The position numbers and the translations under genes were made by a program. This document shows positions 9,164 to 19,262 of a stretch of DNA of 64,000 nucleotides, one piece after another (positions within the stretch are counted from its first letter, which is position 1; each line of letters begins with the position of its first letter). The stretch is from IMG/VR virus record IMGVR_UViG_3300025889_000087, positions 1 through 64,000 of that record. One strand, 5' to 3'. The stretch is from a virus. The notes beneath the pieces are model-generated. The model did not search any database. It was not told the DNA's origin and saw only the letters and a list, made by a program, of their open reading frames with translations.

Positions 9164-10400
9164 TGTTTAGCCCCCTCTCCATGAGTTCGTCTTCGCTGAC
9201 GCCCCACGACTTGAGCAGGGACACTTGGGTGTGAGGCCCTGCCGTGTGATAAGCGATGTAGCGACCCGCCCATTCGTCGCCATTTGCACAACGAAGCAAT
9301 AGGTTGGCTTCGGGCTTTGCATTGTTGAGGTGCGGGAGGGCCACTTCGCAGGCTTTCAAGACCGCGCGGTCGCCCTCAATGACGAACTGCTCGCCCTCCC
9401 ACATGATGTTGCCCACGCCCAATGTGTGCTTCAACACGTCGGCATAATCCGGCCCACGCTTTGAGTCGAAAGGCAGAATCAAGCGGGGAGCATTGAGCGG
9501 CGTCATGCCGATTTCACCATCCATGTCCCACAAGTTGGCGATAAACCTGTCCACCGTCTTGAGCAGGATGGGTGGTTTGGTGCGACCATAGTAGAACGAG
9601 CGGTCGTCAGACCGACGACCCTTGCCGACGTTATGAATGTCGTAAAGGAAGCCGTGGGATTTGATGAGCGCGGATATTTCCGCCGACGTGCCTTGGAGGC
9701 CATGGGAAGTCATGGTTTGCACGTTCATATCACCGTATGCAGCAATCAGATCCGCAGCCTTTGCGAGAATGCCGCGCTCACGGCGGCTAAGGCGTGATTC
9801 TGCGCTCAACCTATCGCCCCATTCCTTCCATACGTCCTCTCGTTCTTCAGTCGTTTGTGCCCGACGAGAGGCTGCCACTGCTTTTCTGAACGGCAATTCC
9901 AAACGGTCAGGGTGCTGCGCGAGCATAGTGAAGTCTTGGTCACGGACGGAAATATGGCTCCAATCTTCCGTCTTCCACCAATCAAAATCAGAAAGAATGG
10001 CGTCCTGCTCCTGCTTCAACAAATTGAGCAGGCGAGGCACCATGTCCCCTTCGCCGTTCTCTTCCATAATTTTGATGATGGATTGGCCGTCTGTGCCGAA
10101 ATTGTCAATGAAGAAGGTCTTGGACACTTGCACGCGCGGGGTTGCGGTTGTGCCCGGTTGTTCCGTCGGAATGCCTTCGTTTGCGTTGCCCGTTAAGCCA
10201 GTGATTTGCGAACCGGCGGTAGCCTCGGGCGGCATAGCGTCGGCGGGTGTTTGTGCCTGAGCCTGCTCCTGCTCCCGCTCAGCCTCTTCCAATTCTTTCC
10301 GTTTGGTTTGCACTTTGGTGTCCGCAGCCTGCGTTAGCGGGTTTGCACCCATCAATTTCAGCAACATTCCCATATTTGACGCAGACACTTCTACCCTCAT
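9153..10400 (-). CDS. Hypothetical protein with C-terminal LAGLIDADG-like domain
   Basis: FIANLWDMDGEI...LGVGNI...LPHLNNAKPEANLLL resembles the LAGLIDADG fold; ATGA overlap with the terminase stop. Confidence 0.5.
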   Translation of the reverse strand: MRVEVSASNMGMLLKLMGANPLTQAADTKVQTKRKELEEAEREQEQAQAQTPADAMPPEATAGSQITGLTGNANEGIPTEQPGTTATPRVQVSKTFFIDNFGTDGQSIIKIMEENGEGDMVPRLLNLLKQEQDAILSDFDWWKTEDWSHISVRDQDFTMLAQHPDRLELPFRKAVAASRRAQTTEEREDVWKEWGDRLSAESRLSRRERGILAKAADLIAAYGDMNVQTMTSHGLQGTSAEISALIKSHGFLYDIHNVGKGRRSDDRSFYYGRTKPPILLKTVDRFIANLWDMDGEIGMTPLNAPRLILPFDSKRGPDYADVLKHTLGVGNIMWEGEQFVIEGDRAVLKACEVALPHLNNAKPEANLLLRCANGDEWAGRYIAYHTAGPHTQVSLLKSWGVSEDELMERGLNNGE

Positions 10401-11839
10401 GCTGCCCACCCCAAACGTCGCGTCCATTCGGATCCGTCAAGCACCACGATGGCGTCTTTGAACTCCTTCGTGGCCTGCACTGAGAGGGCGAGGGCCATAA
10501 CGGTGTCGTCGTGTTTTCCGAGCGATTCCATCTTCCCGTTCGGGAGCATTGTGAACATGGACAATTCGTTCGTGAGCACGTCCATAAGGCGGCGCGTAGC
10601 CCCGTCGTCTTTGTAGGGGAGAATCAAATGCCGTTGCTCAAAGTGCAATTGCAGCGTGTGGATGACGGCTTCCTTCTTCATGCGACTCATGGTGAACGGC
10701 TTAACGGGAAGGTCGCTGATTTCCTTTAGCACCTGATGAAATGCTTGGGCGAAATTGTTCGTTTCAAGTTCGATAATCACGGGATTATACCGTGTATTTA
10801 ATTCAATGATTTTATCAATTTGCGAACTGAAATCCATGCCCTTCTCGCGGTGCATCCACACCACACGCTTGTGCTTGTTCTCATCCACGGCGAGCACGAC
10901 CATGCAGGTGTAGTCAGCGGAGCGATCGGGGCTGATAGCAGGGTCCCAACCGATGTAATAATTCACTTCCTCACGGTCTTCCTCGGGAATTGCGTAGGGG
11001 TCGAATTGAAATGCCCACGACGTGTCCTTGCATGGCTCCACCATATCTTCGGGGAACAGGCTCGCGTCACTGGCGATTGGACGACACAGGTATTCGCGCG
11101 TGAACGCAATAGAAGTCATTTCGCTACGTCGGGCCTGAAGAGCCTCAAGGCTCCATCGTTCGGGCCAAAGCGGATCGCCAGTCTGCTCACTGATAGCGGG
11201 ATATTCCTTGACCATATACCCCTTGAGCGTCTTCAGTTCTTGGTAAAGGTCGGTGTAAGAGAAGGGTGTGCCGACAATGCACATTTGCGCAGTGTGGTGA
11301 AGCACGGGCAGGAGAGCGGTGTAAAACCATGAAGCGATGTGGGCCAATTGCGTGGATGCTTCGGACGACAGAATGTCGTCAAGCACCACGATGTCGGGGT
11401 GAGCACCACGCACTGCCTTTCCGACCGACATAGCAGAAATCGAGGATTTGTTCGTCATCTTGAACTTCTGCTTCGCCCACCCACGCGAGGGCTTTAGGTG
11501 TGCGAGAACAGGCGTGGACATGATCAATTCGTCCATCTTCGCCATGTGGTCGATAGACTGATGCTGACTGTGGGAAAAGAACAGGACTTCCGTTCCGGGG
11601 TTATACGCCATTTTCCACAAAAGGTAGACGCGGTAAAACACGGATTTTCCGTGGTCGCGGGATGCAATCACGCAAGTTTTGTTGTGGCTCTCGGAGAGAT
11701 TGAACCATTCTTCATGAAAGTCTGCCAACTGGTAGCCGTCGTCCTTCCCGCATATTTCCTCAAAAAAGAACTTGAATGAACGGCGGCCCATTTCCCAATC
11801 GACTTTGTTCGCCAATTGGAGAACGGCCTCGCCGCTCAT
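10397..11839 (-). CDS. terL: Terminase large subunit
   Basis: Walker A ASRDHGKS, Walker B IVVLDD, GTP motif, and nuclease motifs IGWDPA and HDDTVMALAL. Confidence 0.95.
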   Translation of the reverse strand: MSGEAVLQLANKVDWEMGRRSFKFFFEEICGKDDGYQLADFHEEWFNLSESHNKTCVIASRDHGKSVFYRVYLLWKMAYNPGTEVLFFSHSQHQSIDHMAKMDELIMSTPVLAHLKPSRGWAKQKFKMTNKSSISAMSVGKAVRGAHPDIVVLDDILSSEASTQLAHIASWFYTALLPVLHHTAQMCIVGTPFSYTDLYQELKTLKGYMVKEYPAISEQTGDPLWPERWSLEALQARRSEMTSIAFTREYLCRPIASDASLFPEDMVEPCKDTSWAFQFDPYAIPEEDREEVNYYIGWDPAISPDRSADYTCMVVLAVDENKHKRVVWMHREKGMDFSSQIDKIIELNTRYNPVIIELETNNFAQAFHQVLKEISDLPVKPFTMSRMKKEAVIHTLQLHFEQRHLILPYKDDGATRRLMDVLTNELSMFTMLPNGKMESLGKHDDTVMALALSVQATKEFKDAIVVLDGSEWTRRLGWAA

Positions 11840-13188
11840 TGGAGATCACCCTCGTTCCAACCACGAGGTAGGAGCGAGAAGTTCGTGTCGTCTTGCACAG
11901 GAGCATTCTGTTTGAGTAGCGCGTTTCTCATTCCGATGGGGAGAAGGGAAAGGTCGGAGTCGGATGCTTGCTTCATATCTCCACCCCTAAGTGCCTTCGT
12001 TGCCTCAAGGCGAGCATTCGTTGCTGCACTCATCGAACCAAGTTCTCGGGCCAATTCGGCAAAAGGCGTGTCTAAAATTGCTTGTGGGTCTTTTTTGTCG
12101 CCATTAGCGAGACTCGGTGGGAGAGATTCGCCAAACAAAGCCCCCCCTCCCTGATTATCGGCATTTCGACGCGCCGTTCGTGCGGCCTGCCTTCCCTGAG
12201 CAGCCTCAACCGTCGCATCCGGCTGCTGCGGCTGCGGCGGCTCCGGCTGCTGCGGCTGCGGCGGCTCCGGCTGCTGCGGCTGCGGCGGCTCTTGTGGGAC
12301 AGGGGTTGGGGGTTGTGGCTGCTTCCTCGGCTTGCGCTGCCGCTTCGGCACCTGCGAAGGCTCAAGCGGCTGAGGGGCTGCCGACGTTTCGCCGGGAGCA
12401 GGGAGCCGCAGTTGGCGTTTTCCCGGTGGGAGGGCACGCGGATCCCTCATTGGGACCTGACCCGGCTCAAGGGATTCGCGGGGGGCAGGGAGCAAACGCT
12501 GATTTCGCCCTTCGGAAAGGGCACGCTGACTCTCGGGTTCCGGCTCCGGTTCCGCCGCTTGACGCGGTTTGCGTTGTGCATAGGGTGTTCCGTCTTGCTT
12601 GATGCGCGGCCCCATGAACTTGTTCGTCCCTCGCGCGTCCTCTTGCGCATCCATCCTTGCCTGACGGGCCGAGGCGGTGGGTATTCGTGCCCTTTCCATG
12701 GTGGGTGGCTCGCCACTTACGCGGGAAGTCTCCGGTTCAGCAGCAGCAGCCGGTTCATCAGCCGGTGCGGCGTTCTCCTGAAGCGTGGGCGGGGCACCCT
12801 GAGCACGGCGAGTCTCTCGTTCCTGCTGCCTTTCCTGCCAACCCTGCTTGAAGGCGCGGCCCCAGTTGCCCATCTCACCCGCGATGCGACCTGCCCCGCG
12901 AGCAAGACCGGGAATAGCGCGAGCAGCCATCCCAACACCTGCTTCGCCAATGCCGGTTGCGGCTCGGTCGGCCATACCGTAAGCACTTTTGACTCCCTGC
13001 TTGGCACTTTCCATCATTTGTCCACGACGTTCAGCACGCTGCTGCCTCTTTTCCTGTTCATCGTATAAATTGTATTTCAGCAATTCCCATGCCGCATCAA
13101 AAGCCTGCTCAGGAGTCACTTCTTTACGCATTTGATGGCCGGTCATTTCGACACGGGCCTTGAGCAGAAGGTCGTCCCAACGGTCCAT
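11836..13188 (-). CDS. Pro/Gln-rich low-complexity protein with internal AFDAAWELLK leader-like motif
   Basis: 450-aa ORF coupled to terL by an ATGA overlap. Confidence 0.65.
   Translation of the reverse strand: MDRWDDLLLKARVEMTGHQMRKEVTPEQAFDAAWELLKYNLYDEQEKRQQRAERRGQMMESAKQGVKSAYGMADRAATGIGEAGVGMAARAIPGLARGAGRIAGEMGNWGRAFKQGWQERQQERETRRAQGAPPTLQENAAPADEPAAAAEPETSRVSGEPPTMERARIPTASARQARMDAQEDARGTNKFMGPRIKQDGTPYAQRKPRQAAEPEPEPESQRALSEGRNQRLLPAPRESLEPGQVPMRDPRALPPGKRQLRLPAPGETSAAPQPLEPSQVPKRQRKPRKQPQPPTPVPQEPPQPQQPEPPQPQQPEPPQPQQPDATVEAAQGRQAARTARRNADNQGGGALFGESLPPSLANGDKKDPQAILDTPFAELARELGSMSAATNARLEATKALRGGDMKQASDSDLSLLPIGMRNALLKQNAPVQDDTNFSLLPRGWNEGDLQ
12218..12291. repeat. 3 x 24-bp coding tandem repeat (EPPQPQQP)
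   Basis: tccggctgctgcggctgcggcggc repeated three times. Confidence 0.9.
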
Positions 13189-14100
13189 TCACTGAACCCC
13201 CCGGTATTGCAGGTAGGCCATGCCCTTGTGAATACGATCGGCAGAAGCCATCATGTCATCATCGGCGGATAGATTCATCATAACGCCCTGTTGCGCATCA
13301 GCCACCTGTTTCTGCCCCTGTTGCTGATTTTGCTTCGTCTTGGATCGGTTATAAATCGCCTGACCCACCGCTGAAAGCCCACCCGTAGCGAGCACCGCGA
13401 GCGGGTTATATCCGACACCTCCGGTCTTCGTCTGTTGAGCCTGCTGCATACCTGCTCCGGCTTGTGCCTGATACATGGCCGCCAATGCCTGTTGCCCTGC
13501 TTGTGATTGTGGGCCCTGCTGCATCATCTGCTGCTGCGGCTGCTGCGGCTGCTGCCCACCGGGTGTGGTCGGTGGGCCGCCGCCGGGTGTCGTCGGTGGG
13601 CCGCCGCCGGGTGTGGTTGGTGGGCCGCCGCCGGGTGTGGTTGGTGGTGAAGGAGGGAGGGGAATGTTGCCATTGGCGTCAGGACCTTGTGGGACAGGAG
13701 GGGTAGGGGTAGGGATGGGGCTGCCGCCGCCACCCTGTTGCATGACCGATTGTTGGCCTGCGCCGCCATCAACCGGCACTTCACCAGTCGCCGCTTGTGC
13801 TTGTTCCGCACCAACCGCCTGCGGAACAGGGATTTGTTCTGCTTGTTGTTCTTGCGCCAATCTTTCATCAAATCGGCGTTGGTCTTTCTCCCTTTTCCAA
13901 GCACCCTGCGTTTGCATTTGGTTTTGCATTTGCCGACCTTCTGCTCGGGCTTGCTGAAAGCCGGTCTTTAACGCGGTCCCCGCATTTCCAATTCCGCCTG
14001 CAAACCGACCGACGCCTGCCATGAAGCCTGCTTTTTCCAAGGCTTCTCGCTCTTGCATAAGTCGAATGCGAGCCATGCGATCTGCGTCAAATCTCGTCAT
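13189..14100 (-). CDS. Gly/Gln/Pro-rich protein
   Basis: 303-aa ORF; short hydrophobic stretch YNPLAVLATGGLSAVG. Confidence 0.65.
   Translation of the reverse strand: MTRFDADRMARIRLMQEREALEKAGFMAGVGRFAGGIGNAGTALKTGFQQARAEGRQMQNQMQTQGAWKREKDQRRFDERLAQEQQAEQIPVPQAVGAEQAQAATGEVPVDGGAGQQSVMQQGGGGSPIPTPTPPVPQGPDANGNIPLPPSPPTTPGGGPPTTPGGGPPTTPGGGPPTTPGGQQPQQPQQQMMQQGPQSQAGQQALAAMYQAQAGAGMQQAQQTKTGGVGYNPLAVLATGGLSAVGQAIYNRSKTKQNQQQGQKQVADAQQGVMMNLSADDDMMASADRIHKGMAYLQYRGVQ
13556..13647. repeat. ~4 x 24-bp coding tandem repeat (PPTTPGGG)
   Basis: Direct repeats visible in both DNA and protein. Confidence 0.85.
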
Positions 14101-15938
14101 TCAAACACCACCTTGAGAACCTGAAAGGTATCGAAATCCACATTCATGGATTTCGCAATTTCTTCCCAATGACCGCGACTGTTCAAGATAGCGGCAATTT
14201 CCGAAGAAGGAACGCCGAAGTGAGTCGCCGCGAGGGCGATGTCTGTTGGGTTGGATGCGGAGAATGCCGTGCTCGGCATGGCCTTCACAATGCGCTGATC
14301 CTGAAGGGCCATTTCGCGCTGCACGTCCTCAAGAACGGCGTCGATTTCCTCTTTGCCGAAAAGGCCACCAAAGACGCGACCCGCACCGCGACCGAGAGAT
14401 TGTGCGAGCCTTTCACCCATAGAAGGTCCCCTATCGGCTGCTACGGCCTCGTTCCGTGGAGGCCTCATCACTTCATCAATGTTCGGGGCAACGGGAGTCG
14501 GAACAGGAGTCGGAATTGACTCAGGCTGCGGTTGCGGTTGCGGGTGCTGCACAGGTGGCGCAGGGGGTGCGACGGGTGGGTGCTGCACAGGCTGCCGCTG
14601 CACCGGAACGGGTGGTGCCTGTGGTTCGACAGGAACGGGAGGGGCCACCGGCTGCGGGCGCGTGACCGCGGGCGGCTGCTCGGGCGGCACAGGTCGTTCG
14701 GGCTGAACGGCACGGGCTTGTGGGCGAATGAGCGTGGATGGGTCTTTGACATGCTCCGGCACAAAACCCGGATTTTGCTGATTCAGGTAATTCACTATAC
14801 CGGACACGAGCCTATCTCTTCTGTTTCTCCCCTGCCCCATTTGCATATAAAATGCCTGTCCGTTGTCAGGAAGCATGTCTTTGTAGTGGGTTCTGAAGGC
14901 ATCGTAAAGAGCGCCACCATAGTGTGGGTAATTCGCCATAGAACGATCGAGAATGTCCACCCCACGCTTAGTCTGCAAAGCCCCTTCAGGCAGGTATGTG
15001 GAGTAGTCGTATGCGGTGTATGTTGGGGCCTGCTGCTGCTCAACCATTTGCTCAGCCGCGTCGGGCTGCTGCACATGCGGGCTCGTGTTGCGAATGTTGT
15101 AAGTGTGCTGAAGCGGCGTCAATTGGTGAGGCATGTATTTGCTCAGCACGGGGTGGCTCGCCCACACCTGACGCACAATGTCCGGCGTCAAATTGTCGCG
15201 CGTGTAGCCCTGACGCGCGAGCGAATCCATGAGATCGTAAATGTGCTTCCCCGCCTCGTGATTGATGTAGACTGAGTTCGGCTGAACACGGTGGGACTCG
15301 ATGAACTCCTTTGTGTCCCGACCGCCGCGCATTTGCTTCAAACCCTCGGCGTATGGTCGCGCCCAAGACTCAGGGAACTTGTTCTCCTTGTCCCTGTTGC
15401 CGATACGCAGGTGCATTTGCCCCTGAGCGTCCACAATCCACGGGTTGTCCTTTTGCATCGGTCCCCATTGTCCGTTTCGCCACGTCTGATTGAGAACGGT
15501 CCGTCCAAGGTCTGACTCAAACGGTGCAGGTAGCGGGGCGGGGATTTTGCTTGGGTCCTTACCCGACATCATCGCCTCCTGTCGCTTCGCTTCCCAAATG
15601 GCGTTTTGCGAATTGACGGCTGCGTTGATTGTGCCTGCTCCTGCGCTAATGGCTGCTTGAAGGGCGTTTTGGTAAAGGTCCTCCATCCCCGGCTGCGGTC
15701 CCGCGTGGACAATGGCCGCGGTGTTTGCATCAATGAGGCCCTGATAGATGGCCTCCCACACCGCGTCTGCTTCAACACCAGTGAGATTTCCGCCGCCAAT
15801 GTCTTCCATAGGGCGCGGCATGGCCTCAAGCCCACCGGGGCCAGTCATGCCGATCAATTGCTGAATCAAGGTGTCGAAGTCGTAGTGCCCTTCACCCTTC
15901 GTGATAATGCACGAACTGAGAATAGCCCACGGACTCAT
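14097..15938 (-). CDS. Hypothetical protein, Pro-rich linker, possible C-terminal HTH-like region
   Basis: 613-aa ORF with ATGA overlaps on both sides. Confidence 0.65.
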   Translation of the reverse strand: MSPWAILSSCIITKGEGHYDFDTLIQQLIGMTGPGGLEAMPRPMEDIGGGNLTGVEADAVWEAIYQGLIDANTAAIVHAGPQPGMEDLYQNALQAAISAGAGTINAAVNSQNAIWEAKRQEAMMSGKDPSKIPAPLPAPFESDLGRTVLNQTWRNGQWGPMQKDNPWIVDAQGQMHLRIGNRDKENKFPESWARPYAEGLKQMRGGRDTKEFIESHRVQPNSVYINHEAGKHIYDLMDSLARQGYTRDNLTPDIVRQVWASHPVLSKYMPHQLTPLQHTYNIRNTSPHVQQPDAAEQMVEQQQAPTYTAYDYSTYLPEGALQTKRGVDILDRSMANYPHYGGALYDAFRTHYKDMLPDNGQAFYMQMGQGRNRRDRLVSGIVNYLNQQNPGFVPEHVKDPSTLIRPQARAVQPERPVPPEQPPAVTRPQPVAPPVPVEPQAPPVPVQRQPVQHPPVAPPAPPVQHPQPQPQPESIPTPVPTPVAPNIDEVMRPPRNEAVAADRGPSMGERLAQSLGRGAGRVFGGLFGKEEIDAVLEDVQREMALQDQRIVKAMPSTAFSASNPTDIALAATHFGVPSSEIAAILNSRGHWEEIAKSMNVDFDTFQVLKVVFE

Positions 15939-17629
15939 CGCTTCCCCACCACACCTGCCGTGAGCAGCGTGGTTGGGTCTTCAAACCGCCACGCTGCCCG
16001 CTCTTCATCACGAACCTCCGTCGGCCCTGTGGGGTCAGAAGCACGCTCGGGGCTTGCCTGAGCCCCGCGCTTTGATTGGTGGTCGTTCTCCGGCGACGAC
16101 TTCAGGGGGTCGCCCGCGAGAGGGTCATGAACCAACGAGCCGGTTTTATCGGCGTTCTTGGGAGGCTTGAACTGACTCAAGGACGTGCCCTTGGGTGCGC
16201 TCACGTTGAAATTGGTGCCCTTCGGCTCTCGCCCAATAGTCTGAATCTTCCCCTGAAGACCGCGCGTGTCGCGGTGAACGGTGATGTCGCGCGGGAGCGC
16301 ACCCTGCTCACGACGCATTCGCTCGTTCGCCAATTTGCGCTCATAAGCCACCGGATCGCGAATACGGAGAGGGATGCCGGAGGCACGAGGGTTCCCGCTG
16401 AACATACGGCGAGGGCTGAACGCCTGTCGCTTCGTTTCACGGTCAATGGACTGTTCAGCAGCCGCAGCGCGACGAGCCGTTTTTCCCTTGATGTCACGGC
16501 TTGCCTCCTTTTCCCCTTCCTTCATCTTCCGCTTTCGCTGCCGTCGCTTCTTTTCCTTGGACCTCTTCTCATCCTCTTCGGATTCGTCGTCATCCTCGTA
16601 TTTGCGCCCACGGACCTTACGCTTTGCCTTGATAATGTCGCTAAGCACCGTTGGTCGATCGGCGGAGGCGTTCTTTGCTTGCCAAGATTCGGGGTCGTTC
16701 GGGTATTGCACGAATGCACTGAACTCACCGACACCTTCCCTCAATTCATTGAGGGGTTCAGCGATGCGGTCGGGGTGAAAATCATGCTGCTCCAAAGCAA
16801 TATGCGGTGGGACGGGAACAAATGCCCGGATGTCTTTACCACCCAATTCTTCTGCAATTATTCGGCGGTAGTTTTCTGCCGTCCTGCGCATGGCTTCTCG
16901 GATTTTGGCGTTGTCGGCCCCATACCAATTCTCGTGCATTTGCTCAAAAGTCAATGGATCAAGGTCGTCAGTTGGTTTGATTGTTTTATTTTGGGCGTGT
17001 TGCCCATCAACCATCATCGGGGCAATAAGTTGCTTGCCGTCCGCCATCCTGTTCCCAATGAAGCCACCAACCATTCGGTGGCCCATTTCATATGCCCTAT
17101 CGGAAAAATCTTGCATGTCCGCAGCCGCAGCATCCGTTTGGCGCTCGACCTGTTCATCGGGCGAAATCTTCAGCAGGTGCCATACGTCTTCGACAATTTC
17201 CCTGCTTCGACCGAAGATGAGGCCCGGTCCTTCACGACGAACGGGACCGACCTGTCCACCATTGGACGCCGCAATACCTGAAGGCGTCCCCATGTCAAGT
17301 CCAGTGCCCGCTTCTGCGAGCATGGACTCAGCCTCAGTTTGCGGTGTCGAATTGAGGGTGTCCGCGATTTGCTCCGGCTTGACTGAAATGTGAGGAAGGT
17401 CGCCGCTCATTTCACGCAGTGCCTTCTTTCGCCGCGCTTCAGCATCGACCTGTTCTCGGAAGGATTCGGACACCGCACCTTCTTGTGAATGGTGTGAGAG
17501 CCCGTCGGCATTCTCGTTGGGGTTCACGTCGTAGTCGCCAACCATTTCACGACCGTTGAATCCCCCGGTGAACTCCTGAACGCGCATGGCCTCTTGGCCC
17601 ACGCCACGTCGAGGATTCCCCATCGGCAT
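15935..17629 (-). CDS. Hypothetical protein with highly basic C-terminal half
   Basis: 564-aa ORF; internal EDVWHLLK and SDIIKAK sites. Confidence 0.6.
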   Translation of the reverse strand: MPMGNPRRGVGQEAMRVQEFTGGFNGREMVGDYDVNPNENADGLSHHSQEGAVSESFREQVDAEARRKKALREMSGDLPHISVKPEQIADTLNSTPQTEAESMLAEAGTGLDMGTPSGIAASNGGQVGPVRREGPGLIFGRSREIVEDVWHLLKISPDEQVERQTDAAAADMQDFSDRAYEMGHRMVGGFIGNRMADGKQLIAPMMVDGQHAQNKTIKPTDDLDPLTFEQMHENWYGADNAKIREAMRRTAENYRRIIAEELGGKDIRAFVPVPPHIALEQHDFHPDRIAEPLNELREGVGEFSAFVQYPNDPESWQAKNASADRPTVLSDIIKAKRKVRGRKYEDDDESEEDEKRSKEKKRRQRKRKMKEGEKEASRDIKGKTARRAAAAEQSIDRETKRQAFSPRRMFSGNPRASGIPLRIRDPVAYERKLANERMRREQGALPRDITVHRDTRGLQGKIQTIGREPKGTNFNVSAPKGTSLSQFKPPKNADKTGSLVHDPLAGDPLKSSPENDHQSKRGAQASPERASDPTGPTEVRDEERAAWRFEDPTTLLTAGVVGKR

Positions 17630-18841
17630 TCAGCAATTCCACCTTTTCAGTGCAGCACCCTTCGGGGTGAGTTTCCCGCCCTTGCTCGTCGGGCCCTTGA
17701 CGCCGCTCATGCGGGCGCAGAACGACTTTCGCCGCTTTGCTTTCTCCGAACCGGGTTTGAGGGTAGACGGCTTCTCGGTGACGGGGGGCTTCAGGTTCGC
17801 GCCCTCTTCACGCTTGAACTTCGCACGGCCCTTGGCGTTGAGGCCACCCTCGCGGCTATGCCGGTTGGGGTTATAGCCGTGAAATGGCTTGTCCGATTTT
17901 TTCCGCAATACATCGGCCCATGAAATACCATTGATGTAAGACGCGGTGAACATACCTGATGGATCGGAAAGGGGCTGCTGCGGCTCACAAGCGTCCCATT
18001 CATCCAAAATGCTTTCTAACGCGGAGACGAACTCCCTGTGAATTGCGATTGATTGGCGGGCTCGTTGTTGATTGGAGGGCAATTCTTCCATCGCCCTCAT
18101 GCGTGCTTCGGGGTCCTCATAGCCCATGATGATTTTTTGCGCTCTCCCATTCAGCCATTCTTCATCCTCGGGAATGGTGTTCGTTAGGTAATGTTCAATG
18201 TTCATCTGAATGTTTTCCCAAAGTTCCGCGCAACTATACGTTTCCCAAGGGTCGAACAGATCGCGTGTGTAATCATCCAATCCTCGGATTTTCGCGCAAA
18301 AGTCGTCCGCAGCCGCAAGGGCTTTCATCCGTGCTTCTTCGCAACAAGGGTCGCCTGTATCAATACCGAGCGTGGCATCTTCGACATCTTCCCCGACATC
18401 CTCCCCGACATTTTCCAAATCAAATCCTTGATCGCCCATTGTTTGGCGGGGAAAAATAGAGCGAGAAGGCATGTAGTCGAGTCCCTCTTTCAACAAATCT
18501 TCACGAATGTAAAACGCCTTCGCCAGTGTGAGGCACGAATCACAGTCGCACATTTTCACCATGGTTGGCTTCCCTCCGACTCCTTGCGGTTTTGAACGCT
18601 TGCGGCGTGTCGCCGCCTTCTTCTCCTGCGGACTCATGCTACGGGTGGTTTTAGGGGTGTCGGAGGACACCTTCTTTGATGGGCGGCACTTCGGGTAGCC
18701 CCGAGAGGAAGTGTCGGCCTCATCACGCCCGCAGGGCGGGTGCTTCCCGTCCTTGTCCTTCCGGCTTACGTCCACCCATTCTTCCTTGAACCAACGCCGA
18801 AGGTCCTTTTCAATCAAAAGTTCGGAGAATGGGGCGGTCAA
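17630..18841 (-). CDS. Multi-domain protein with basic marine-phage modules (LRRWFKEEWVDV..CGR; RRKSFCARM..ALKRWNC)
   Basis: Motifs recalled from marine phage proteins (DUF5872/DUF6321-like from memory, needs an HMM check). The TTG start overlaps the upstream stop (TTGA). Confidence 0.6.
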   Translation of the reverse strand: MTAPFSELLIEKDLRRWFKEEWVDVSRKDKDGKHPPCGRDEADTSSRGYPKCRPSKKVSSDTPKTTRSMSPQEKKAATRRKRSKPQGVGGKPTMVKMCDCDSCLTLAKAFYIREDLLKEGLDYMPSRSIFPRQTMGDQGFDLENVGEDVGEDVEDATLGIDTGDPCCEEARMKALAAADDFCAKIRGLDDYTRDLFDPWETYSCAELWENIQMNIEHYLTNTIPEDEEWLNGRAQKIIMGYEDPEARMRAMEELPSNQQRARQSIAIHREFVSALESILDEWDACEPQQPLSDPSGMFTASYINGISWADVLRKKSDKPFHGYNPNRHSREGGLNAKGRAKFKREEGANLKPPVTEKPSTLKPGSEKAKRRKSFCARMSGVKGPTSKGGKLTPKGAALKRWNC

Positions 18842-19035
18842 TCTTTGCCCCCCTTCCTTTTCCACCCGCCGCCTTTGCTCTTATACCACTTCGCGGCCCA
18901 ACCGTTTGCGTAGGCTGAGGGATAGACCTTGAACTTGGATCGGGCCTTCGATTTTGCCTGCGACCACAGGCCGGGGTTGGTCGGAGCATTTTCGCCCTTA
19001 ACAACGGACCAAGCGATTTCAAAGGCTTCGTTCAT
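18838..19035 (-). CDS. Small basic protein with AFxxAW leader (PTNPGLWSQAKSKARSKFKVYPSAYANGW module)
   Basis: MNEAFEIAWSVVKG leader followed by a basic module seen in marine phages. Confidence 0.7.
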   Translation of the reverse strand: MNEAFEIAWSVVKGENAPTNPGLWSQAKSKARSKFKVYPSAYANGWAAKWYKSKGGGWKRKGGKD

Positions 19036-19262
19036 TGGTATTCCTCCCTTATATCATCAGGAAAGCCATAGGGGTCGTGAATCACTCTTCCGGTCAGGTC
19101 CACAAGTGAAGACTCAACGTGTTCATTCGGGTCGAAGCAATCAGCGCAAATGATCGTATCGCCATCCAAGTCGATGAAATCATCGGTTTCCTTTCCGCAC
19201 ACTTCACAATAATACGGGTCGCTCTTGACGACAGACCAAGCGGCTTCAAAGGCTCCGCTCAT
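19032..19262 (-). CDS. Small Zn-finger protein with AFxxAW leader
   Basis: MSGAFEAAWSVVKS followed by CEVC...CADC. Confidence 0.7.
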   Translation of the reverse strand: MSGAFEAAWSVVKSDPYYCEVCGKETDDFIDLDGDTIICADCFDPNEHVESSLVDLTGRVIHDPYGFPDDIREEYQ

